From: an uncultured Cytophagales bacterium
GTDB lineage: Bacteria; Bacteroidota; Bacteroidia; Cytophagales; Spirosomataceae
Reading direction: 5' to 3'
DNA length: 64,000 bases
NCBI GenBank assembly: GCA_964399465.1
Contig: CAYNRA010000006.1
Span: 1,060-65,059 of the forward strand
Part shown: in pieces, positions 7,918-17,651 of the stretch
How the letters are laid out: every line of letters begins with the position of its first letter
Position numbering within the stretch: the first letter of the stretch is position 1
Program-made: the position numbers and the translations under genes
The notes under the pieces: generated by a model
The model's database searches: none
Seen by the model: only the letters and a program-made list of their open reading frames with translations
What the model was told of the DNA's origin: nothing

Positions 7918-8457
7918 TTATTCTACTAACCAAATAGCATCGTTTTCACACCCTTGCGCTTTCCATTCTACTGAAACCAATTGAGAGTCTAGCGTATTCA
8001 CTTTTTGACCAATGTAATCTGGCTGAATCGGAATATCTCTATTATATTTTCTATCAATTAAGCAGAGAAGTTCTACTCTACTTGGTCTTCCGAACGCTTG
8101 CATGGCATCCATAGCTGCCCTTACCATTCTTCCGGAGGAGATTACGTCGTCAATCAATATAACTTGCTTGTTTTCAATGATAAATGGCACCCTCGTTGCG
8201 TTTGGGGTTAGAGGGCTCGAACGTCTTCGAAAATCATCTCGATAAAATGTAGCATCAATATACCCAAGAGGTATTTTCTTTTGGAGAATAAAAGCTAATT
8301 TCTCACTAATTTTATCCGCTAAATAAATACCTCTGGGCTGAAGCCCTAATAAAACGGTATCTGAAAACTCACCGTGATTCTCAATTAATTCTTGACAAAG
8401 TCGCTGAATAGTAATATCAATCAAATTTTGATTGAGTATGAGACGCTTTTGTTGCAT
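7918..8457 (-). CDS. pyrR: bifunctional pyr operon regulator / uracil phosphoribosyltransferase PyrR
   Basis: I chose the start MQQKRL at 8457. PRPP-binding loop VILIDDVISSGRMVRAA. Typical PyrR length of 179 aa. Confidence 0.85.
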   Translation of the reverse strand: MQQKRLILNQNLIDITIQRLCQELIENHGEFSDTVLLGLQPRGIYLADKISEKLAFILQKKIPLGYIDATFYRDDFRRRSSPLTPNATRVPFIIENKQVILIDDVISSGRMVRAAMDAMQAFGRPSRVELLCLIDRKYNRDIPIQPDYIGQKVNTLDSQLVSVEWKAQGCENDAIWLVE

Positions 8458-8522
8458 AGTAAATTCCAATGAAAGTAGTCGTATCAAAAATACGGATGAA
8501 AAAAGATGTAACCTATTGTTTC

Positions 8523-9566
8523 TTATTTTAACTGCAATGCTTTGCGTTCTATAAACAGCCAAGAAACTAAAGCCAACACAAAACTAAGTAAGCAAACCAA
8601 GAAAAAATAGGTCATTTTTCCTACTAGCTCATTTTCTACGAAAAAATTAACAATTGGCATGTGAAAAATATATAAGCCATAGGAAATATCATGGTGTTTT
8701 AAAACCTTAGAACTCCATGTTTTATTCGAAAAGGCAAATGAAAACATGAATCCTATTAAAAGAACATTGGCTATAATTCCGAAAATCGAGTACGAATAGG
8801 GATTTTCATATGTTTCTAAAAAGTACTTAAAAAAAAGTACGTATCCAGCATATATACCTAACCACTTTAGTACCTGATTTTCCAAAAAAGGGATTAATCG
8901 TTTGAAATTATAATAAAAAGCAATTCCTAAAACAAAAAAATGAAAGTGATGTAATAAAAACATACTTCCAAGTTGTGCTATTTTCTCACTTTTGCCATGC
9001 ACGTACTCATCGAATATAAATCGATAGGCAATCGAAGAAACGAAAAGTAAAAAGAGTATAAAATTCTTTTTTTCTAATTTTTTACTTCTCAGAGCAATGA
9101 CAAGAAAGGGAAGGAAGAAATACAGTTGGATTTCGACTGAAATACTCCAAAGACTACCATTAGGATGACCTACACCCCAACCTCTTAACCCATCAGGAAC
9201 CCAAGATTGAAAAACAGTTAATTGAGTAAATAAGTAAATGACCCAATCAGACAGATTTACGCTTATTTCACTCCAATACATTAATCCTGCAGTAAATAAG
9301 AGACAAACAAACAAAGCTGGGAATAAGCGCATGAATCTGCTTCTTACATATTTTTCTATCCTAAAAGTAGATTTATCAATCGAGGCAGTGATCAAAAAAC
9401 CACTAATTGCAAAGAAGATAGGAACACCAGGTACATTATACAGTATTTTCAAAAAAAGCGAATCTGCATGAAACAAATTCAAATGCACAAGCGCATGCCA
9501 GACCAAAACCTGTAAAGAAGCAAAGAGTCTAATAAAATCAAAGTTATTTATCCTATCCAATACCAT
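8523..9566 (-). CDS. acyltransferase family 3 (O-acyltransferase) membrane protein
   Basis: 347 aa and polytopic. N-terminal motif NNFDFIRLFASLQVLVWH is typical of Acyl_transf_3. It overlaps the upstream GT4 gene by 14 nt. Confidence 0.85.
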   Translation of the reverse strand: MVLDRINNFDFIRLFASLQVLVWHALVHLNLFHADSLFLKILYNVPGVPIFFAISGFLITASIDKSTFRIEKYVRSRFMRLFPALFVCLLFTAGLMYWSEISVNLSDWVIYLFTQLTVFQSWVPDGLRGWGVGHPNGSLWSISVEIQLYFFLPFLVIALRSKKLEKKNFILFLLFVSSIAYRFIFDEYVHGKSEKIAQLGSMFLLHHFHFFVLGIAFYYNFKRLIPFLENQVLKWLGIYAGYVLFFKYFLETYENPYSYSIFGIIANVLLIGFMFSFAFSNKTWSSKVLKHHDISYGLYIFHMPIVNFFVENELVGKMTYFFLVCLLSFVLALVSWLFIERKALQLK

Positions 9567-10731
9567 AGCGTACTTTTTTAAAACCTTTTAACATGTCCTC
9601 TGCTACTTTCTCAGGTGAAAAATGCTGAATAACCTTGTGTGAAATATGCCCCATTTCAATTATTTTCGACGGATTTTGTATAAAAAAATTCATCTTTTCA
9701 GCCAATTCATCTTCGGAATAAGGATTAAAAGTAAATCCATTTTCACCTTCAATGACCAAGTCAGAGGCGCATCCACATCTTTCTGAAATAAGTATTGGCA
9801 AAGAACATGCCATTGCCTCATTTGCTACCAACCCCCAAGGTTCCGAATAGCTAGGTAGAATAAATACGTCTGCTAGCGCAAACCATTCAGGTACTTGGTA
9901 CCAACTCTTTCCGGGAACAAACCGAATGTACTCCTCTAATTCATTGACATGACAGTACTCTTTCATTCTATCTAATTCTTCACCATCTCCTAGAATCAGG
10001 ATACCCCAGTCCTTTGAATTTGATTTTATTTTTGAAAAAGCAGAAAGGATTATGGAAACGTTTTTGAATGGAATAAGACGCCCAACAAAAATAAAATTAT
10101 ACTTTTTAAGTCCTAATTCATTTTTTCTCTGTTCTCGACTGCTTTGGGCTAATTTATGAATTGCCTCAATTTTTTTATTGTCGACAGCATTGTTCGCCAC
10201 TAAAATTTGTTCTTTTTTCGCACCCAACTTCAGCATATATTCAGCTGACTTGGTTCCATAGCAGAAGAATCCATCTGATTTTTTTACGAGATACCTTTTT
10301 ATTGCTTCTCGCCACCCAACATTTGGGTTATCTAGTTCAGTAGAATCAGAAGCCATAATTACTTTAATTCCAACCAACTTACAATAGAGTAATATCAAGT
10401 TCATAGCTGGATCAAAATACCCTTGAACATTGATAACGTGCGGCTTATACCGTATTATCCATTGTAGGAGTTTTATAAATCGACCCAAGAACGGTGTATT
10501 TTCAAGCATATCTCGATAGAGCACATACATTGGATATTGGTGTAAAGACCAATCAATTAGTCCCATTTTAGAACGCGTACCTTCTGTCAATGAAAGTTGT
10601 ATAACTTTTAAATCAACATTTGAATTCTTTTCAACTAACGAATATAGTTCTGAATATACCTTTGCTTTATAATGGGCCCATACAAATAAATGAATAATTA
10701 ATATTCGGGACTCCGTTTCTTTTTTATGCAT
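9553..10731 (-). CDS. glycosyltransferase family 4 (GT-B, GT1 clan)
   Basis: 392 aa. C-terminal motif PSYSEPWGLVANEAMACSLPILISERCG. Confidence 0.9.
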   Translation of the reverse strand: MHKKETESRILIIHLFVWAHYKAKVYSELYSLVEKNSNVDLKVIQLSLTEGTRSKMGLIDWSLHQYPMYVLYRDMLENTPFLGRFIKLLQWIIRYKPHVINVQGYFDPAMNLILLYCKLVGIKVIMASDSTELDNPNVGWREAIKRYLVKKSDGFFCYGTKSAEYMLKLGAKKEQILVANNAVDNKKIEAIHKLAQSSREQRKNELGLKKYNFIFVGRLIPFKNVSIILSAFSKIKSNSKDWGILILGDGEELDRMKEYCHVNELEEYIRFVPGKSWYQVPEWFALADVFILPSYSEPWGLVANEAMACSLPILISERCGCASDLVIEGENGFTFNPYSEDELAEKMNFFIQNPSKIIEMGHISHKVIQHFSPEKVAEDMLKGFKKVRYGIG

Positions 10732-10873
10732 AAATCGTCGAATAGTACACGAATGAGGTAGGACTTTGTGAATGAGATTTTAATATACAAAATTACGATA
10801 TTCATTCTAACTATTTTCAAAAGACGTATGGATTATCGAAACAACAAACCAAAAAAGCATACAAGTAATTGAA

Positions 10874-10908
10874 TAAAAAAAGCGGTGCTAACTTCAGTCA
10901 GCACCGCT
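10874..10908 (-). terminator. rho-independent terminator after groEL
   Basis: Stem AGCGGTGCT / AGCACCGCT (9 bp), followed on the minus strand by T7. Confidence 0.9.
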
Positions 10909-10933
10909 TTGTATTAGATTTAGCTGGCAATAA

Positions 10934-12574
<1,641 letters not shown>

Positions 12575-12603
12575 TTATGATTAAATAAGATGGGTGAAAA
12601 AAA

Positions 12604-12879
12604 TTAAACAATTGCGTAGATATCAGACTCCCTCATAATGAGGTATTCTTTTCCATCCACAGTGATTTCAGTTCCAGAGTATTTGCCATATAGAACGGCA
12701 TCACCTACTTTCACAGTAATTGGTTCGTCTTTTTTACCAGGTCCAACTGCAACTACGACTCCTTTTTGAGGCTTTTCTTTGGCAGTATCGGGAATAATGA
12801 TACCAAACGCTGTTTTCTCTTCAGCTGGAGCAGCTTCCACTAAAACTCTATCTGCTAAAGGTTTTACGTTTACTGACAT
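12604..12879 (-). CDS. groES: co-chaperonin GroES
   Basis: 91 aa. Motif [10 protein letters not shown]...[15 protein letters not shown]. It lies 41 nt upstream of groEL. Confidence 0.98.
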   Translation of the reverse strand: MSVNVKPLADRVLVEAAPAEEKTAFGIIIPDTAKEKPQKGVVVAVGPGKKDEPITVKVGDAVLYGKYSGTEITVDGKEYLIMRESDIYAIV

Positions 12880-12925
12880 AACTTTATTTTTTTTGGTTTT
12901 GTGTAAAACTTAAAATGTTACACTA

Positions 12926-13011
12926 TACACTGACAACTTTTTTGCCAATACAAATAATTAGCCCATTACCTGACAATTTTTCAGTTTTACATGACAATAC
13001 CTGTCAATTTT
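12926..13011 (-). promoter_or_regulatory. three direct copies of an AAAATTGNCAGGTA-like motif upstream of groES
   Basis: Read on the minus strand: AAAATTGACAGGTA (13011-12998), AAAATTGTCAGGTA (12980-12967) and AAAAGTTGTCAGTGTA (12941-12926). There is also an inverted pair TGACA-N5-TGTCA at 12992-13006. Confidence 0.5.
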
Positions 13012-13033
13012 AACTTTATTAAATTTGACCACA

Positions 13034-13068
13034 TAAAAAAGAGGGTATCTTCTCCAAGATACCCTCTT
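13034..13068 (-). terminator. rho-independent terminator after secG
   Basis: Stem AGAGGGTATCT / AGATACCCTCT (11 bp), followed on the minus strand by TTTTTT. Confidence 0.9.
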
Positions 13069-13088
13069 TAAATAAAAGCTATATTTTC

Positions 13089-13454
13089 TTACTTCGTGGT
13101 GTCGGTTGTAGTTGTCGGCGCAGTTGCAGCAGGTAATGTTGCACCAGGTGTAGCAGGAAGAGTTGCAGGTGCTGTTTGTGCTTGCTCAACATCTGTAGCA
13201 GCATTTGTTGATGCTTTCGTTGTTGCATTACTGAAGATAATACCGGTTGTTAATGTACCTACAATAATGAAGGCAAAGAAACCCCAAGTTAACTTTTCCA
13301 TAATGTCACCTGAGCGCTGAACACCAAACATTTGAGAAGTAGCTCCTCCAAATTCTCCGGACAAGCCACCACCTTTTGGGTTTTGAATCAGGATAACAAT
13401 AATCAGCAATACTGCTGCAATGACCATTAAAACTAAAATTGTAGTAAGTAACAT
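13089..13454 (-). CDS. secG: preprotein translocase subunit SecG
   Basis: 121 aa. Motif LLIIVILIQNPKGGGLSGEFGG, followed by a low-complexity Ala/Thr/Pro tail. Confidence 0.9.
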   Translation of the reverse strand: MLLTTILVLMVIAAVLLIIVILIQNPKGGGLSGEFGGATSQMFGVQRSGDIMEKLTWGFFAFIIVGTLTTGIIFSNATTKASTNAATDVEQAQTAPATLPATPGATLPAATAPTTTTDTTK

Positions 13455-13492
13455 CGTGTTTATCAGTTAATCTTAAAAGTTGAGCCCATAAT

Positions 13493-14164
13493 TCAAGATT
13501 TTAACAAATCTTTGATGGCTTCAATTTGGTTCGCAAAGTAACTACTTTTTTCGGGATATTTTCCAATCAAATGTGTATAAACTTCTATTGCTTTGTCAAA
13601 TTTACGTTGAATGACCAGTATTTTGGCATATGTTTCAGTGAAAGGGAATGCGTGCAGTTGGCTACTTTTCTCCCCTAGATCTACTAAATGCTCACTTCCC
13701 TCCTCTGCTTCTTGCACAGGAAGCTTGGAGATTCTTGGTTCATTTTTAATAAATGTGTCTATTATTTCTTCTTCAACGGATTTAGTTTCCGAAAACTCCT
13801 GCGTATCAATAGGGGTTACATTACTCTCCATGGATAAGTCACTCACTACTTTTTCTATAACTGCTTTATGTGTAACAGTTTCAGAAGTAGTTTGCTTCGA
13901 GAGCGAATAAAAGTCTCCCCAACTTATTTCATTTTCAATCATTTGACGAAGTACATTTCTATTCAATGCATAAATGGCTGCATGACGTATTGCATCTCCA
14001 GCCACCGAGGGTGCGAGAAGCTGCACTCCTTTGGCAGTTAAACTATGTCCAACTGAAAAAAATGGATATTTTTTTACTGCTTCTTCAAGCAACATGATAT
14101 CATCCAAGGTTTGCACCGTGGGGTCTTTAAGCAATTGATGAAATTGTGTTTTTGAAAGCATCAC
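13493..14164 (-). CDS. hypothetical protein (helical, TPR-like C-terminus)
   Basis: 223-aa ORF between the lptE-like gene and secG. The C-terminal segment AKILVIQRKFDKAIEVYTHLIGKYPEKSSYF is TPR-like. Confidence 0.55.
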   Translation of the reverse strand: MMLSKTQFHQLLKDPTVQTLDDIMLLEEAVKKYPFFSVGHSLTAKGVQLLAPSVAGDAIRHAAIYALNRNVLRQMIENEISWGDFYSLSKQTTSETVTHKAVIEKVVSDLSMESNVTPIDTQEFSETKSVEEEIIDTFIKNEPRISKLPVQEAEEGSEHLVDLGEKSSQLHAFPFTETYAKILVIQRKFDKAIEVYTHLIGKYPEKSSYFANQIEAIKDLLKS

Positions 14165-14272
14165 CTATTTTTTATTTTCTAGCACTATCAACAATCATAT
14201 GGGTTGATTGAAAGCAAATATAAAAATGTTTACGCATTTACAAGCAAACTGACCTTCGAAGCTTATTTATTT

Positions 14273-14776
14273 TTACCACTGCGCCGCTGTATCATTGAAT
14301 ATATTAAGGATCAGCTGATCTATAATTTTGGGAACAAGAATACCTTCAGCATCAGTAAGTGATTGTTCTTGTGGAAAATCTTGATAGAACGAAAACTCTT
14401 TTTCAAAGTTTTGAGTCTCGTCCAATCGATTTCTGAATTGTACTTCCACCCGAATTGTCAGCCGGTTCAATGCAGCTTTATCGCTTGCAGTTGTAGAAAC
14501 GGGCGTCAATTCATATCCTGTTATTGCACCGTCTAAATACAAATCCCCATCGGTTGGTTTCAATTTAAGACTTGTATTTCTTTGGTAGTACTCCTTTAGT
14601 TTTTCATTGAAAGTCAATGTCAAATTTTGAGGTCCACCTGCTGTAGCCATTGTGAAATTTTGGATAGTTACCGTTTTCAAATCACTAGAAAGGGTTGTAC
14701 CAGTGAATGAGTATATTCGACATGAACTCAAAAATGCAACCGAAAGAATAGTTAATATAAAAGCGATTTTATTCAT
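14273..14776 (-). CDS. lptE: LptE-like outer-membrane lipoprotein
   Basis: I chose the start [19 protein letters not shown] (lipobox) at 14776; an alternative is at 14788. Size of about 167 aa and position after the sigma-54 activator match the conserved Bacteroidota arrangement. Confidence 0.65.
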   Translation of the reverse strand: MNKIAFILTILSVAFLSSCRIYSFTGTTLSSDLKTVTIQNFTMATAGGPQNLTLTFNEKLKEYYQRNTSLKLKPTDGDLYLDGAITGYELTPVSTTASDKAALNRLTIRVEVQFRNRLDETQNFEKEFSFYQDFPQEQSLTDAEGILVPKIIDQLILNIFNDTAAQW

Positions 14777-16106
14777 CTTGGATATCATATTGATTAATTT
14801 TACGGTATAGTGTTCTCTCTGAAATACCCAAATCTTTGGCTGCATGCTTCCTTCTAAACCCATTTTTTCGCAAAGCCCGAATAATCATTTCCTTCTCTTT
14901 TTTTTCCAATGACAAGGACTCTTCTTCTGTTTCGTGGGTAATGTCTTCTACATCGTGTCTATCATCGTGGTAATCGTCTAGTTGTACAATTCCATTTGAA
15001 GATACATGTGTATCGGCTGTATTTCCGTATGAGATAGCCGATGGATTAGGAACTAAAGAAGGTGTATAATTTCGAGTTGGAAGCATAGCTATTTCTTCAT
15101 CCGACTGAATTTCTTCAAATAATTCTTGATGATCGCGAAGTACATCTTTAGACGACAAATCCCCTTGTAACACAAGATGAACTAATTTTTTCAATTCTGT
15201 CATGTCCTTTTTCATGTCAAAAAGAACTTTGTACAATATATCTCTTTCGCTGAAGTCGTTGGCTTGGCTACCACTAAACTGAGACTTAAAGAGAGCGGGC
15301 ACGCTACTTGCAAATTCTTTGGGCAAGTATTTTTCTAAAATTTGCTTAGTAATTACCCTTTCTTGCTCTAAAATTGTAATTTGTTCAGCGATATTTTTTA
15401 GTTGTCTGATATTTCCAGGATACCGAAATGCGAGTAAAAGTCTTTGTGCCTCTTCATCTAATTCAATAGGCTGGATACGTTGTTTTTCTGCAAAATCTGT
15501 AGTGAATTTGAGAAAAAGCAGGAAAATATCAAACCCACGGTCACGCAACGGAGGAACAGAGATAGGTACTGTACTTAAACGATAGTATAAATCTTCTCGA
15601 AATGTATTTTTTTCTATCGCTTGTAGTAAATTAACATTCGTAGCAGCCACTACGCGAACATTTGTTTTCTTAACTTTAGATGACCCAACAGGAATAAACT
15701 CTCCATTTTCAAGTACGCGGAGAAGCCTTGCTTGTGTTCCAAGCGGCATTTCACCAATTTCATCTAGGAAAATAGTACCTCCGTCTGTTATTTCAAAATA
15801 GCCTTTTCTGTCATCAATAGCTCCTGTAAATGAGCCCTTTACGTGTCCAAAAAGTTCAGAATCTATCGTTCCTTCAGGTATAGCTCCACAGTTGATAGCA
15901 ATGAAATTTCCGTGTTTCCGGTTACTTAGACCGTGAATTACTTTTGAGAACGACTCTTTTCCACTCCCACTTTCACCGGTAATAAGAACAGTTAAATCAG
16001 TTACTGCTACCTGCATAGCTATACTTAGAGCATGATTGAGAGCTGGCGCATTCCCAATAATCCCAAACCGATTTTTTACCGTTTGCAAGTCGATATTCTT
16101 AGTCAT
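14769..16106 (-). CDS. sigma-54-dependent transcriptional activator (AAA+ EBP with no N-terminal sensor or receiver domain)
   Basis: 445 aa. Walker [15 protein letters not shown] loop, Walker B FLDEIGE, and a C-terminal Fis-type HTH ([16 protein letters not shown]). Confidence 0.9.
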   Translation of the reverse strand: MTKNIDLQTVKNRFGIIGNAPALNHALSIAMQVAVTDLTVLITGESGSGKESFSKVIHGLSNRKHGNFIAINCGAIPEGTIDSELFGHVKGSFTGAIDDRKGYFEITDGGTIFLDEIGEMPLGTQARLLRVLENGEFIPVGSSKVKKTNVRVVAATNVNLLQAIEKNTFREDLYYRLSTVPISVPPLRDRGFDIFLLFLKFTTDFAEKQRIQPIELDEEAQRLLLAFRYPGNIRQLKNIAEQITILEQERVITKQILEKYLPKEFASSVPALFKSQFSGSQANDFSERDILYKVLFDMKKDMTELKKLVHLVLQGDLSSKDVLRDHQELFEEIQSDEEIAMLPTRNYTPSLVPNPSAISYGNTADTHVSSNGIVQLDDYHDDRHDVEDITHETEEESLSLEKKEKEMIIRALRKNGFRRKHAAKDLGISERTLYRKINQYDIQDE

Positions 16107-17559
16107 TCACTTCTTCTGTATTGGATTGAAATGCGTAACCTACTGCTTTTCCGATGAGTGTACCCGTCGTACAATTCTCAATTTTGACAAGTACATAATC
16201 CCCTTTCTTGTATGATTCTTTGGGAAAAACGACCATTTTATTTTCGTCATTTCTACCATGTAAATCATTTTCAGATTTTTTAGAGAACCCTTCAACGAGC
16301 ACAATACACGTCTGACCAATTACCTTTTGGTGTCTTTCTAGTGAATGTTGTCGTTGTTTGTCAATAATTTCTTGGAGTCTTCTTTTTTTAATCTCCTCTG
16401 GTACGTCATCAACTAATTTTTTAGCAGCAGGCGTACCTGGACGTTCAGAGTAGGCAAACATATATCCATAATCATACTGCACGTAGTCCATGAGTGACAG
16501 TGTTTCTTGGTGGTCTTCTTCTGTTTCTGTACAAAAACCAGCGATCATATCGTGTGAAATACCGCAAGATTCGCCAATAATTTCACGAATTTTATCTATT
16601 CGCTGCATATACCATTCTCTGTCATAGGTACGGTTCATTAGCGATAAGATACGCGAACTTCCACTTTGAGCAGGTAGATGAATATAATTACAGATATTGT
16701 CGTGTTTTTTGATAGTATACAACACTTCGTCTGTAATATCCTTGGGATGCGAAGTTGAGAATCGAACACGCAAATGAGGGTTTACGGCTGCAACCATCTC
16801 CAAAAGTTGGGCAAAATTAACGATAGTGCCGTCTTCGTTTGTCCACTTAAATGAATCTACATTCTGTCCTAATAAGGTTACCTCTTTGTAGCCACTTTCC
16901 CAAAGTTGAGTTACTTCTTGTACAATTGTTTTGGGTTCACGACTTCTTTCGCGACCTCTAGTATAAGGCACTACGCAAAAACTGCACATATTATCACATC
17001 CACGCATGATAGATACCATGGCAGTAACCCCATTGGAGCTTAGACGAACGGGCGAAATATCTGCATAGGTTTCTTCCCGCGACAAGAAAACATTTACCGC
17101 TTTTTTACCGTCTTCAACTTCTAAAAGTAATCGAGGAATATCCCGGTATGCATCAGGGCCAACGACCATATCTACCATCTTTTCTTCCTCCAATAGCTTG
17201 GTTTTCAGACGTTCTGCCATGCAACCAAGTACGCCAATTTTCAAATCTGGATTCCGCTTTTTATAGGGAGTCAAGGCTGTTAATCTTTTCCGGACTTTTT
17301 GTTCTGCATTATCGCGGATAGCACATGTATTCAACAAAATGAGCTCAGCTTCGTCTGCGATGGTCGTCGTAGAAAATCCATTTTCACGGAGAATTGAGGC
17401 TACGATTTCACTATCTGAGAAATTCATTTGACAGCCATAACTTTCGATATACAATTTACGGGATGCGCCTAAATGGTCAGCTTCCGTAATTTTGGGTGTA
17501 TCCAAATCTTCTTTGTCGCTGTCTGTAAGGATTTTCAGTGATTCTATATTTGTTGACAT
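16099..17559 (-). CDS. miaB: tRNA (N6-isopentenyl adenosine(37)-C2)-methylthiotransferase MiaB
   Basis: I chose the start MSTNIESL at 17559. Motifs [11 protein letters not shown], the radical-SAM cluster [15 protein letters not shown], and a TRAM C-terminus. Confidence 0.95.
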   Translation of the reverse strand: MSTNIESLKILTDSDKEDLDTPKITEADHLGASRKLYIESYGCQMNFSDSEIVASILRENGFSTTTIADEAELILLNTCAIRDNAEQKVRKRLTALTPYKKRNPDLKIGVLGCMAERLKTKLLEEEKMVDMVVGPDAYRDIPRLLLEVEDGKKAVNVFLSREETYADISPVRLSSNGVTAMVSIMRGCDNMCSFCVVPYTRGRERSREPKTIVQEVTQLWESGYKEVTLLGQNVDSFKWTNEDGTIVNFAQLLEMVAAVNPHLRVRFSTSHPKDITDEVLYTIKKHDNICNYIHLPAQSGSSRILSLMNRTYDREWYMQRIDKIREIIGESCGISHDMIAGFCTETEEDHQETLSLMDYVQYDYGYMFAYSERPGTPAAKKLVDDVPEEIKKRRLQEIIDKQRQHSLERHQKVIGQTCIVLVEGFSKKSENDLHGRNDENKMVVFPKESYKKGDYVLVKIENCTTGTLIGKAVGYAFQSNTEEVND

Positions 17560-17590
17560 CTTTTTATAAATCTTAATTGCGGTTATTGCA

Positions 17591-17627
17591 CAAAAATAAA
17601 CAATGTCTGCCAAATTGACAGACATTG
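17591..17627 (-). terminator. terminator between the Omp85-like gene and miaB
   Basis: Perfect 9-bp stem CAATGTCTG / CAGACATTG, followed on the minus strand by TTTATTTTTG. Confidence 0.7.
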
Positions 17628-17651
17628 CCTAAAAAATCATTTGAAAGGTGC

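Noticed and set aside
8458-8522. A PyrR-type attenuator (binding loop with UCCAGAGAGG) in the leader of pyrR.
   Set aside because: The 65-nt spacer contains only a 5-bp hairpin and no PyrR-box-like sequence. I make no attenuation call.
12880-13033. An expected CIRCE/HrcA operator or sigma-32 promoter upstream of groES.
   Set aside because: I found no TTAGCACTC-N9-GAGTGCTAA and no CTTGAAA...CCCCAT pattern on either strand. The repeats that are present are reported separately as a finding.
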